64,000 nucleotides of DNA from Coprothermobacterota bacterium (GCA_037440465.1 JBBIUB010000002.1:32001-96000), one strand, 5' to 3'. Positions 27,244-36,399 are shown, counted from the stretch's first letter. Notes: generated by a model not told the origin, from the sequence alone. Numbers and translations: made by a program.

Positions 27244-28053
27244 ATGAAATTCTATATATCTATTGATTGGGAAGGCATTTCAGGAGTTGTATCCTGGGAA
27301 CAGCAGGATGATATAAAATCCCCATCCTACTTAGAAACAAGGAAGAGGATGACCCGAGAAGCTAATGCTGTTATTGAAGGCCTTTTTGAAGGAGGAGCTT
27401 CTTATGTTTTAATAAACGATTCTCATGGCTATATGACAAATATTCTCATAGATGAATTAGATCCAAGAGCTGAGCTAATTATGGGCTCTCCAAAACCGTA
27501 CTCCATGGTAGAAGGTTTGAACTCGGAATTTGATGGAGCAATCCTGTTGGGTTACCACCCGCGAGCAGGAACAGAAAAAGGTATCTTAGACCATACTTAT
27601 TCTAGTGCAAGTATATATGAACTGAGAGTCAATGGTGAACCATTTTCGGAAGGAGACTTGAATGGATGTTATGCAGGTTCTCTGGGAGTTCCCATAGTAT
27701 TAGTCTCTGGCGATAGGGCTGCAGTTAATGACCTCCAAAAAAGGTTTAAAGGAGCTTTAGGAGTGATAACAAAAGTTGCTGTTAGCAGAAGTGCTGCTCG
27801 TTTAATACATCCACAAAAAGCTTATGAAGAGTTAAAGAACAAAGCCAGACAAGTAGTAAGCTTAACACCCACAATTTTACCAGTAACACCTAAACATCCA
27901 ATAACCTTAGAGATAGATTTTGTTAACTCCCAAAAAGCTGAAAGTGCCACAATTCTTCCTGAATCAGAAAGAATGGGTCCAAGGACTGTTAAGATAACTG
28001 CCCCTGATATGGTAACAGCTTACCGTAGATTTCTCGTTCTCCTCAGGTTATAA
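27244..28053 (+). CDS. dppA: M55 family D-aminopeptidase (DppA-like)
   Basis: YISIDWEGISGV, NDSHG, SMVEG, GYH, LDHTY, VSGD; start ATG 27244 after SD GGAGG. Confidence 0.9.
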   Translation: MKFYISIDWEGISGVVSWEQQDDIKSPSYLETRKRMTREANAVIEGLFEGGASYVLINDSHGYMTNILIDELDPRAELIMGSPKPYSMVEGLNSEFDGAILLGYHPRAGTEKGILDHTYSSASIYELRVNGEPFSEGDLNGCYAGSLGVPIVLVSGDRAAVNDLQKRFKGALGVITKVAVSRSAARLIHPQKAYEELKNKARQVVSLTPTILPVTPKHPITLEIDFVNSQKAESATILPESERMGPRTVKITAPDMVTAYRRFLVLLRL

Positions 28054-28079
28054 CAAGTGTAAGTTAGTGAGAGATAATT

Positions 28080-28826
28080 ATGGCTATTTTCGAATTTGAC
28101 AAGGTTTTCAATCCTGAAGATTATTTTTATATCTATTCTCCAATGATCACCATTGAGAGGAGCTTGCTACAGGCTGATTTCATCATTCAAGCTCTTGAAC
28201 TCGTAAAAGGAGTAAAAGTACTGGACCTTTGTTGTGGCCATGGACGTATAAGCAATCTTTTAGCTGAAAGAGGTTATGCCATTGTGGGGTTAGATGCCTC
28301 AAATAGCTTCCTCAAGATTGCCAGAGAAGAGGCTAAGAAACTCAGATTAAAGATAACTTATCTACAAGGAGATATGAGGAAAATCCCCTTCAAAGAAGAA
28401 TTTGACGCAATCATAAATATCTTTACTAGCTTCGGTTATTTCTCCGATGAAGAGAACTCCAAGGTTCTAAAAGGGGTAAGCAAAGCACTGAAACCTGAAG
28501 GTAAATTTCTAATTGATGTAGTGAACAGAGATTGGGTGCTTAAAAATTTTCTACCTTACATAGCATCACCACGGGGAGAGGATTATGTGGTAGAAATAAA
28601 CACTTTTGATGCCCTCACCTCCATTAATCTGACGGAAAGGATATTGTTTAAGGAAGGTAAGGTCAAAAAAACAAAATTCTTCGTCAGAATGTATACTTAT
28701 ACAGAATTAAAATATCTCCTGTCCCAGGTAGGCTTAAGGGTTATAGCCTCCTACGGCGGATTTAAAATGGAAGAGCCATTTTCTTTGGACTCCAGAAGGA
28801 TGATATTAATCTCCCAAAAGGAGTAA
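28080..28826 (+). CDS. Class I SAM-dependent methyltransferase (paralog of 4188-4934)
   Basis: VLDLCCGHGR, GDMR, FDAIINIFTSFGY, LKPEGKFLID. Confidence 0.9.
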   Translation: MAIFEFDKVFNPEDYFYIYSPMITIERSLLQADFIIQALELVKGVKVLDLCCGHGRISNLLAERGYAIVGLDASNSFLKIAREEAKKLRLKITYLQGDMRKIPFKEEFDAIINIFTSFGYFSDEENSKVLKGVSKALKPEGKFLIDVVNRDWVLKNFLPYIASPRGEDYVVEINTFDALTSINLTERILFKEGKVKKTKFFVRMYTYTELKYLLSQVGLRVIASYGGFKMEEPFSLDSRRMILISQKE

Positions 28827-28855
28827 AAAATCCTAAGAATTAAAACTGAGGAAGT

Positions 28856-29662
28856 TTAATTTAATACTGAACCAACAAGTTCCTTAAGCTTATGAATACT
28901 ATCCTTAAGTTCTTTTAATGGATCTTTAAAAGAAAAAATCTCTAATATAGCAGTGCCTTTAAACCCTTTAAGGAAATCTCTGTATTCTTCATAAGGGATA
29001 GAACCCTGCCCTACTGGTAGATGTTCATCAGCAAAACCATGGTTATCATGAAGATGGAGGTGAACTATGTCATCTTTTAAAATATCAAGACTTTCCTTAA
29101 TATCTTTTGCTATATATCCATGTCCAAAATCAAAGGTAACTTTTAAATTAGAATCATAAGTAGAAAGTAGTTTTTTCATCTTATCGGGTTTGTTCACCAC
29201 CCAGGTATTCTCTACACCCAGATTCTCCACAGCCAGAATAATCCTATATTTTGAGCTAACTTCATTAAGTTCCGAAAGTAACTTTTCCATTCTTTCTCGT
29301 GCAGCATTTAATATTGGCCCATAAGAAATGGGTGCAGAGGCGGGGTGAAATACAGCTACTTTTGCGCCTACCTCTGAAGCAAATTCGAGGGCTATTAAAT
29401 TTTCTTCCCGTGTTAACTTATAAATTCCATCATTTAAACTTCCGGTGTTGAGGTCTAATGCTGGAAGATGAATAGATAAATCCACTCCTTCTTGATCTTT
29501 AACTATACGAATATCTCTGGCTTTTTCTTTGAAGGGAGTATCTCCAAAAAAGAGAAAATCACCAAAAATCTCCACTAATCCAACGCCCAGTTTCCTGGCT
29601 TCTCGGATAGCTTCTGTAACCTTAAGATGTCCTGTAGCAAGTGCAGAAACTCCTAACTTCAT
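28856..29662 (-). CDS. Sugar phosphate isomerase/epimerase (AP endonuclease 2 TIM barrel) family protein
   Basis: SIHLP..DLN, AVEN, TFDFGH, HLHLHDNHG..DEHLPVGQGSI, LE. Confidence 0.85.
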   Translation of the reverse strand: MKLGVSALATGHLKVTEAIREARKLGVGLVEIFGDFLFFGDTPFKEKARDIRIVKDQEGVDLSIHLPALDLNTGSLNDGIYKLTREENLIALEFASEVGAKVAVFHPASAPISYGPILNAARERMEKLLSELNEVSSKYRIILAVENLGVENTWVVNKPDKMKKLLSTYDSNLKVTFDFGHGYIAKDIKESLDILKDDIVHLHLHDNHGFADEHLPVGQGSIPYEEYRDFLKGFKGTAILEIFSFKDPLKELKDSIHKLKELVGSVLN

Positions 29663-29702
29663 TGAAATATCCTCCTTTTTAGTGTGGGTTTTATCCTGAA
29701 TC

Positions 29703-29791
29703 TGGTGCCGGGGGTGGGAATCGAACCCACACGAGGTTTACCCTCAGCGGATTTTAAGTCCGCTGCGTCTGCCTAATTCCGCCACCCCGGC
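29703..29791 (-). tRNA. tRNA-Leu (anticodon TAA)
   Basis: Reverse complement GCCGGGGTGGCGGAATTAGGCAGACGCAGCGGACTTAAAATCCGC + long variable arm ... GGTTCGATTCC...CCCCGGCACCA. Confidence 0.95.
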
Positions 29792-29797
29792 TATTGG

Positions 29798-29873
29798 TGG
29801 AGGCGAGGGCCGGATTTGAACCGGCGAATAGCGATTTTGCAGACCGCCGCCTTAGCCACTTGGCTACCTCGCC
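29798..29873 (-). tRNA. tRNA-Cys (anticodon GCA)
   Basis: Reverse complement GGCGAGGTAGCCAAGTGGCTAAGGCGGCGGTCTGCAAAATCGC...GGTTCAAATCCGGCCCTCGCCTCCA with U73 discriminator. Confidence 0.95.
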
Positions 29874-29926
29874 TTCTTCCTTATAATTATATACTAAAAC
29901 TCCAAAATCACTGACAATTTTTCAGG

Positions 29927-30334
29927 TGTAAGCGTCCATAACCTAATGGACTTTTGAGCATCTTGAATAAAGGTATCTATATAATACCTTAAGGGAGATA
30001 AACCAGCAAGGGATTTATGGGGCTTTTTGGTGTTGTACCAGATAAGATACTCCAGCAAGCCTTTGTTGAATTCTTCGGTATCATAGAGCTCATTTAAGTG
30101 TTAGTTAACCTACTGTTCCTGTAAGGTTCTGTGGAATCTTTTAATATGAGCGTTACTCTGGGGATGTCTGGGGTAATTATGGAAGTGTAGGAACTCCATG
30201 ATACAGAGTCTCTCCAATACAACCTGTCTTTGAGGATTCTCTTCATTGTTCAGGAGCTTCTTGAGCTTCCTTAAGTTACTGTATAAAAGGAGAGACGAGA
30301 GATTGGTATTCCAATATGTTTCAAAACTTCTGCA
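29927..30334 (-). mobile_element. Degraded, internally deleted IS481-family insertion sequence (transposase pseudogene)
   Basis: Minus frame reads ..ERLCIMEFLHFHNYPRHPQSNAHIKRFHRTLQEQ*VN*HLNELYDTEEFNKGLLEYLIWYNTKKPHKSLAGLSPL..SIRLWTLT; TGT terminus at 29927 and a degenerate inverted end near 30310-30334. Confidence 0.75.
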
Positions 30335-30342
30335 GGAAGTGG

Positions 30343-30409
30343 GTCATTTCAGCATTATGGTTGGTTCAAGGTCTAAAAAGAATAGATCCTGAAATAAATT
30401 CAGGATGAC
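30343..30409. repeat. REP-like palindromic element
   Basis: ATCCTGAA-ATAAA-TTCAGGAT perfect hairpin followed by GAC, plus a degenerate partner beginning GTCAT at 30343. Confidence 0.5.
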
Positions 30410-30565
30410 AACAATAAAATATATTCCGCTTATCATCATTTCTTAAAAGGCAGAGAAAGTGTGGGAGTGTAATTATGTGTATTATTAAATAGTTGAGGTT
30501 AGCCCGTAGGTTGATAATTAAATTACCTTAAACTTCAGAAAAATGGTAAAAAAGGGAGGAAAAGG

Positions 30566-30967
30566 ATGGTTGCGTTAGAAATTTTTTTAAATACCACCAC
30601 CCGTACCGAGGCAGTGGACATAACCCCCAGAATAGAGGCGATACTGGAGCGTGAAATGGTAAAGGAGGGTCTATGTTTCATATATGTCCCCCACACTACT
30701 GCTGCAATCACTATAAACGAAAATGCTGATCCCTCGGTGATGAAAGACTTCATGCAGAAAATGGAAGAGTTGGTACCATGGACAGCTAAATATTCACATA
30801 CTGAAAGTAACTCTGCGGCTCATATCAAAGCCATTCTTTGTGGTAGTAGTGTTACGGTGGTAATAAAGGGTGGAGAGCTCTTGTTGGGTCGGTGGCAGGG
30901 TGTATTCTTTATGGAATTTGATGGACCAAGAAAACGAAAAGTATATATAAAAATAATAAAGGGATAA
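30566..30967 (+). CDS. yjbQ: YjbQ / UPF0047 family protein
   Basis: PHTTAAITINENADPSV..D, H.E.NSAAHIK, LGRWQGVFF.EFDGPR. Confidence 0.92.
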   Translation: MVALEIFLNTTTRTEAVDITPRIEAILEREMVKEGLCFIYVPHTTAAITINENADPSVMKDFMQKMEELVPWTAKYSHTESNSAAHIKAILCGSSVTVVIKGGELLLGRWQGVFFMEFDGPRKRKVYIKIIKG

Positions 30968-30990
30968 CCCTTTAATTTTTATTAGGGGTT
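30966..30990. terminator. Possible bidirectional terminator between convergent yjbQ and tRNA-Gly
   Basis: Imperfect hairpin AACCCTTTAAT-TTTT-ATTAGGGGTT. Confidence 0.35.
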
Positions 30991-30996
30991 TAAAAT

Positions 30997-31071
30997 TGGA
31001 GCGGGAAACGGGATTCGAACCCGCGACCCTCAGCTTGGGAAGCTGATGCTCTACCGCTAAGCTACTCCCGC
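30997..31071 (-). tRNA. tRNA-Gly (anticodon CCC)
   Basis: Reverse complement GCGGGAGTAGCTTAGCGGTAGAGCATCAGCTTCCCAAGCTGA...GGTTCGAATCC...TCCCGCTCCA. Confidence 0.95.
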
Positions 31072-31079
31072 ACAATAGA

Positions 31080-31155
31080 TGGTGCCGAGGGACGGAATTG
31101 AACCGCCGACGCAGGGATTTTCAGTCCCTCGCTCTACCGACTGAGCTACCTCGGC
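31080..31155 (-). tRNA. tRNA-Phe (anticodon GAA)
   Basis: Reverse complement GCCGAGGTAGCTCAGTCGGTAGAGCGAGGGACTGAAAATCCCT...GGTTCAATTCC...CTCGGCACCA. Confidence 0.95.
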
Positions 31156-31235
31156 AACATTAGTTATTATAACATCTCATAACAATATTTCAAGCACGAT
31201 GTTAAATTATAAAAATTGATGGATAATTGATGCTA

Positions 31236-31493
31236 CTATTTATCTATAATTTTATAAACTATATCCTCCTCCATCACTCTTTCTTCCACTTTAAGACCAA
31301 AAGAATCACCAACTTTAACTTCATCAATGTTTTTATGCTCTATTTGCATAGAAGTAATAACCTGAGTAAGATCTGTTCTTCTGCCTTCTATCCGAATAGT
31401 ATCACCTAACTTTAATGGAACATACAATACATCTACTACAGCTACCCCAATCCGGTTGAAATAATGTTTAACCTTGCCAGCTTTTACCTCCAT
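31236..31493 (-). CDS. Small stand-alone beta-barrel ('translation elongation factor-like' / U32 C-terminal-like) protein
   Basis: GKVKHYFNRIGVAVV..LKLGDTIRI.G..TD..Q.ITSMQIEH..I.....GD.FGLKV..RV...D.VYK; SD GGAGG. Confidence 0.75.
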   Translation of the reverse strand: MEVKAGKVKHYFNRIGVAVVDVLYVPLKLGDTIRIEGRRTDLTQVITSMQIEHKNIDEVKVGDSFGLKVEERVMEEDIVYKIIDK

Positions 31494-31528
31494 AATATTA
31501 CCTCCCTCTACGCTCTTCTAAAAAAGAG

Positions 31529-31978
31529 TTAAAATAGCTTTCTTACCATCATGCAGATAGCAGGATGGTATGTTTGAAGAATTTCTCCGCCCTTCCCATT
31601 AACTTTCTCGCATTTTTTTAGACTTGACTCCCAGGTTTTTAATAACTCTTTTACCTCTAAACCTTTTTCTGCCACTTCCCTCATACCTGAGCTCCATTGC
31701 AACTCATAAGGAAGCTCAATGACTAACCTTAAATCACCATGACCTGTTATCTCTATATCTATTAAATTATCAAACTCCTTCCTAAGAGCTTCTGTTAGTA
31801 TAACTGCAAGGTTTTTTGGTATTTGCTGATATAATTTATCTTGATACATACCAGCTCTATTCTCTCTTTTAGACCGCTTCAGGAGCGTAACTCTATCTAT
31901 AATTCCTTCTTCAATTGTAGGGTCATAACCATTTTCTTCTATCTCGTAAGAAATTCCCAGGATATCAACAGTTTTCAT
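31529..31978 (-). CDS. Hypothetical protein
   Basis: 149-aa ORF with strong SD AAGGAGGG; no recognised motif. Confidence 0.55.
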   Translation of the reverse strand: MKTVDILGISYEIEENGYDPTIEEGIIDRVTLLKRSKRENRAGMYQDKLYQQIPKNLAVILTEALRKEFDNLIDIEITGHGDLRLVIELPYELQWSSGMREVAEKGLEVKELLKTWESSLKKCEKVNGKGGEILQTYHPAICMMVRKLF

Positions 31979-31992
31979 AAACCCTCCTTATT

Positions 31993-32510
31993 TTATTATA
32001 TATTCCAACTAGGTCATCCCTCGTTGGTTTCATTGGAGCTTACCTCATAAATCTTTCATTATTAACAACTTCTTCTACAAATTCCCCACTTGTCACTACT
32101 AAGGTTGCTTTCGACTTCTCTTAAATCGAAGGAAACACCGAAAGTTTCATTTAACACCAGAAGCCCAGTAGCAAGATCCTTAAACCCTAATAATTTCTGG
32201 GCTTTAAGTTATTTATCTTTAATAAAGTTACCTTTATTAACTGCAACTTCAAAATTATTTTTTAAAATACCTGAGTCCTTCAAGTGCATCTATATCACTT
32301 ATGGGAGTAACATCGTTAGAAAAATAGCCTTCAAGTAGGTGTGATAGTGTATCTATTCCCGTGTTAATTATAATATTATCAGGAAGATTCATTGAAAGCT
32401 CAGGGTCAATAAGAGAGACTACTGGTAATATTTTTGCAGATACTTTGGATACCTTTTTTATTTTCTACACCTTCTTTGATGTTCTTCAGGCTGGGGTTAG
32501 GTTCAGCCAT
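31993..32510 (-). pseudogene. Fragmented iron-containing alcohol dehydrogenase pseudogene
   Basis: Minus-strand translation ..ILPVVSLIDPELSMNLPDNIIINTGIDTLSHLLEGYF / SNDVTPISDIDALEGL.. (Fe-ADH DPELT..LP....TG.DAL.H..E motif) with frameshift and stops; C-terminal remnant PMKPTRDDLVGIY. Confidence 0.7.
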
Positions 32511-32578
32511 CTTCTTCCTCCTAATAGATTAATCTTTTATTAAATTATATAACATTATGCCTATGATATAATTTCCCC

Positions 32579-33673
32579 ATGATTGAAATATTTAATCTAA
32601 AAAATACTTCGTTAGATAATGCTATTGATTCTATCCTAAGCCCTATATATTCGAAAGTAAGAGGAGTAGAGGTTCTTTTAAAACCAAATATATTGGGTGC
32701 TTATCCGCCAGAAAAGGCTGTAACAACTCATCCCGACCTTATAAGAACTTTATATAGAAAGCTTAAAGATATGGGTGCTAAACCAATTGTAGGAGATTCT
32801 CCAGGGGGAACAGTAACTGACCCCAACATGGCAGCAAAGATATCAGGAATATATGATGCATGTGAAGGCAATTTCATTAATCTAACTGGTGATATTGTTG
32901 AAATAAACCTTCCAAAAAACCCGAAAATTCCTAAAATATGGGTTTCAAGAAAGTACTTAGAATCACCATTCGTAATTAATATTCCTAAGATGAAAACCCA
33001 TAGCTTAACTATAATAACTGGAGCAATAAAAAACCTTTACGGTATTATTCCAGGTAATTTCAAACTACGCCTTCATTCAGAAGCACCAACACTTGAAGAA
33101 TTCTCAAGGTTGCTTGCAGACATCTATGAAATAAGACCACCAGATTTAAATATTATGGAAGCCATTCTTGCTATGGAGGGTGAGGGACCAGCTCACGGGC
33201 AACCAAAAGAAGTTGGTTTAATTATAAGTTCAGAAAATGCTGTAGAACTTGATGCTATCACTTCACAAATAATGGGAATACCTCCGATTAGAGTTGCCCA
33301 TCTTAGAATTGCCCATCAAAGAGGATTAGGTGATATTGAACCAGCAAAAATAACTATTTCAGGGACAATATTAAAAATTCCTTCGTTTAAACCCCCATCA
33401 GCTCTCAAAAGTTTTTTAGAAAAAACCTTGAATCGTTATGCTCGTATTTTGACTTTAACACCCGAATTAAACTTTGAAAAATGTTCAAAGTGTGGAGATT
33501 GTACCCAGAATTGTCCCCGAAACGCGATTGAACTATTGCCTTATCCCAAGATAAATAGTAAGCTTTGTATATCCTGTTTTGTTTGTGCTGAAACCTGTCC
33601 TAAGGGTGCTCTAATTATTCCTACAGTAAAGAAAGAAATGTTAAATCGTATAAGAAGGAGGATTTTGAAATAA
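32579..33673 (+). CDS. DUF362-domain protein with C-terminal 2x[4Fe-4S] ferredoxin
   Basis: VLLKPN, AVTTHP, VGDSPG, INIPKMKTH....TGAIKNLYG, MEGEGP; CSKCGDCTQNCP and CISCFVCAETCP. Confidence 0.9.
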   Translation: MIEIFNLKNTSLDNAIDSILSPIYSKVRGVEVLLKPNILGAYPPEKAVTTHPDLIRTLYRKLKDMGAKPIVGDSPGGTVTDPNMAAKISGIYDACEGNFINLTGDIVEINLPKNPKIPKIWVSRKYLESPFVINIPKMKTHSLTIITGAIKNLYGIIPGNFKLRLHSEAPTLEEFSRLLADIYEIRPPDLNIMEAILAMEGEGPAHGQPKEVGLIISSENAVELDAITSQIMGIPPIRVAHLRIAHQRGLGDIEPAKITISGTILKIPSFKPPSALKSFLEKTLNRYARILTLTPELNFEKCSKCGDCTQNCPRNAIELLPYPKINSKLCISCFVCAETCPKGALIIPTVKKEMLNRIRRRILK

Positions 33674-34548
33674 TGAATATATCTCTAATCGTAAATCCAG
33701 TGGCTGCAGCTGGAAAAGCTAAGAAAATGGGAAGTCCAGCAGCAAAAATGTTAGAAGAAAAAGGTTGTAATATAGAATATTTAGTAAGCCAATACCCTGG
33801 TCACCCAATGAAACTATCTTATGAAGCATTAAACAAAGGAGCTGATATCATTGTTGCTGCTGGAGGGGATGGAACTGTATCAGAAGTTGCAAATTCTCTT
33901 GTGGGAACCAAAACTCCTTTAGGAATCCTTCCTTTTGGCAGGGGAAACGATATATCAATGAGCTTAGACATTCCATCTGATCTTGATAAAGCTGTAGATA
34001 TTATTTTATCAAGAAAAATAAGAACCATAGATGTAGGTAAGGTTAAAGACAGGTACTTCCTGGGGATAGGAGGTGCGGGTTTTGATGGTGAGGTAGTTAA
34101 TCTGGCTAATCGATATCGTTCGCTTCTCCCCTCGCCTTTCCTGGCTTATATAGTAGGTATGGTAGTAGAGCTTATTATGTTCACTCCCAGAGTTATTACA
34201 GTCGATATTGATGGTGACAGGCATGATTTCAAGGCATATATGGTTATGGTTGGAAATGGTCCCCAGTATGGTGGAGGAATGATAGCTTTACCAGGTGCTT
34301 CTTTGGTTGATGGAGAACTTGATATATGTATAATAAAAGATATAACAAAATTAGATTTCTTAAAGACCTTCCCCAAGGTATTTAAAGGTAACCATATCTA
34401 TCACCCAGGGGTTGCTATTTTAAAAGGAAAAAAGATAACCCTTTCCTCTGAATCACAATTATTTACTCATGCAGATGGAGAAATCCTGGGTCATCTTCCA
34501 TCTACTTTTGAAGTATTACCAGCTAAACTTAATGTAGTTTCACCTTGA
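33673..34548 (+). CDS. Diacylglycerol kinase-family lipid kinase (YegS/BmrU/DgkB)
   Basis: IVNPVA, AGGDGTVSEV, LPFGRGND, GAGFD, N...YGGG, DGE. Confidence 0.9.
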   Translation: MNISLIVNPVAAAGKAKKMGSPAAKMLEEKGCNIEYLVSQYPGHPMKLSYEALNKGADIIVAAGGDGTVSEVANSLVGTKTPLGILPFGRGNDISMSLDIPSDLDKAVDIILSRKIRTIDVGKVKDRYFLGIGGAGFDGEVVNLANRYRSLLPSPFLAYIVGMVVELIMFTPRVITVDIDGDRHDFKAYMVMVGNGPQYGGGMIALPGASLVDGELDICIIKDITKLDFLKTFPKVFKGNHIYHPGVAILKGKKITLSSESQLFTHADGEILGHLPSTFEVLPAKLNVVSP

Positions 34549-34550
34549 AT

Positions 34551-36071
34551 TTATAAAGATATACCAGGTTCTTTATAAACTACTTTTCCCCTGGTTATTG
34601 TCATTAATGGATTTAAATGAAGTATATCTTTCTGGGGTATCTTAAAGGGGTCTTCTTCTAAAATCACTAAATCACCAGCTTTGCCTAATTCAAGTGTACC
34701 CCCTTTTCTCTCTGAACCAACAGCATACCAACCATTAATAGTAAATATTTTTAATGCTTCTTTAAGTGTGATTCTTTCTTCTTCGTTTGGGTGATTGATG
34801 GCTGAAAAAATACCCAGGAAGGGGTCTATGGGGGTGACAAAGGAGTCTGAGCCACCTGCTACCGTTAATCCTTTATCTAAGATTCTTCTAAAAGGATTTG
34901 TCAGTTTGTGCCTTTCTCCTAACCTTTTCTGATACATTTTGCCTTCTCCACCCCATAAATATTCAAAAGTAGGTTGCATGCTTAAGGTAACGCCAAGCTT
35001 TGCTGCAAGATTAATATGTTCTTCTGTAGGAAGTTCAAAATGCTCAATTCTATGCCTTAAATGGTGATAAGGAAATTTCTTATAAGCTAAAGAGTAGGCT
35101 TTAAGCGCCTCGTCAATAGCATGATCACCAATTGCATGTAATGCCATCTGAAGATTCATGCTATGAGCTTCTACAACAAAACCCTGTAATCTTTTTGGAT
35201 CAAAATACAACACTCCTCTACTATCGGAATCTGAATATGGTTCTTTCAATGCAGCAGTATGAGAACTAAAAGAACCATCTACAAGTAAACATCCTCCTAT
35301 CCTCCGTAATCCCAGTTCAACTACATGTCTGATATTAGTTGTCTGATAATAGAGAGTAGTTCTTATAGGGAGGTTCTTCTGGATTTTTAAAAAAGCATCT
35401 ATACTAGCTGGAGGTGAAGTAAAACCCCCCTCTAATGCATGCACAAAAGTAACGCCTTTTTTTAATATGCTTTTGGAAAATTCTTTCAATAGTACTGAAA
35501 TCTCATTAACAGAATACTCATTATAAAACTTTGAAATTGCCTGGCTGTATTCTTCTCTCATCAATAGGTTGGAATTTGTATGAGAAGTATCTTTACCTAT
35601 AGTTTTAAGACCTTTAGAGTTTGTAATTGCTGAGTGTCCGTCCCGCCTCGTTATTAAGACAGGTTTCATTGGCGAAGCTTCGTCTATTTCCTCTAAAGTT
35701 GGCAATACTTCTCCAAAGCGGGAAGGGTCCATGCCCCATCCAAGAACGACTTTACAATTGCTATCTTTTGCTGTTTCTCTTACCTTTATAAGAATTTCTT
35801 GGGGGGAATTAGCAGATAAAAGGCTAATCTCCTGACTTTTGAGGGCACTCATTACAAGATGAACATGAGAATCAACAAACCCAGGAAAAACTACTTTACC
35901 CTTTATGTCGATAAAATCCCCGCCCTCTCCAACCAGCTTTGCTGATAGAGAATCTCCTAAAAAAACAATAGTTCCCTTCTCTATTACAATAGCTTGAACC
36001 GGCTCATGAGAGCTAATAGGGTATATTACTCCGTTTAATAAAGTAAGCTTTTGCTTATTGTTAAAGCTCAC
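34551..36071 (-). CDS. Amidohydrolase 3 family protein (YtcJ-like)
   Basis: PGFVDSHVH, DGS..S.TAAL.EPY, HAIGD, RHRIEH, SMQP, GGSD, GKAGDLV. Confidence 0.88.
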   Translation of the reverse strand: MSFNNKQKLTLLNGVIYPISSHEPVQAIVIEKGTIVFLGDSLSAKLVGEGGDFIDIKGKVVFPGFVDSHVHLVMSALKSQEISLLSANSPQEILIKVRETAKDSNCKVVLGWGMDPSRFGEVLPTLEEIDEASPMKPVLITRRDGHSAITNSKGLKTIGKDTSHTNSNLLMREEYSQAISKFYNEYSVNEISVLLKEFSKSILKKGVTFVHALEGGFTSPPASIDAFLKIQKNLPIRTTLYYQTTNIRHVVELGLRRIGGCLLVDGSFSSHTAALKEPYSDSDSRGVLYFDPKRLQGFVVEAHSMNLQMALHAIGDHAIDEALKAYSLAYKKFPYHHLRHRIEHFELPTEEHINLAAKLGVTLSMQPTFEYLWGGEGKMYQKRLGERHKLTNPFRRILDKGLTVAGGSDSFVTPIDPFLGIFSAINHPNEEERITLKEALKIFTINGWYAVGSERKGGTLELGKAGDLVILEEDPFKIPQKDILHLNPLMTITRGKVVYKEPGISL

Positions 36072-36081
36072 TTATGTTTAC

Positions 36082-36243
36082 TTACCTTTTCCTTTTCTCT
36101 TTCCTTCTCTTGAGGACAGATGGGGGATCAAAATATTCGTGCTTCTTTATATCTTTAAAAATCCCTTCCTTTTCACACTGTTTTCTGAACCTTTTAACCA
36201 GGTTATCTACACTTTCATTATCTTTTTTAACAACTTCCGGCAT
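36082..36243 (-). CDS. rpsU: 30S ribosomal protein S21 (53 aa, absent from the ORF track)
   Basis: MPEVVKKDNESVDNLVKRFRKQCEKEGIFKDIKKHEYFDPPSVLKRRKEKRKR*; SD GGAGG upstream. Confidence 0.92.
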   Translation of the reverse strand: MPEVVKKDNESVDNLVKRFRKQCEKEGIFKDIKKHEYFDPPSVLKRRKEKRKR

Positions 36244-36399
36244 TCACCCTGACCTCCCTTCTTTTTGGAGTCTATTTCATTATTTAAAATATTATTTTTT
36301 TAAGAAATAAAAAGGGTTGATTAACAGATAGCTCAACAACTTCTGTAGCAACCATTTTTTGCCTTTAAAATATACCATAAAAAAACGGAAAATACAAGT

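Noticed and set aside
29795..29800. tRNA-Cys gene ends in CCACCA, a known degradation tag when added post-transcriptionally
   Set aside because: The extra CCA is simply part of the 6-nt spacer before tRNA-Leu and would be trimmed; no evidence of function
32090..32543. Plus-strand ORFs of 82 and 60 aa
   Set aside because: Antisense shadows of the Fe-ADH pseudogene, with no SD or recognisable motifs
36058..36310. 64-aa plus and 78-aa minus ORFs in the track
   Set aside because: They overlap the genuine rpsU gene encoded in another frame
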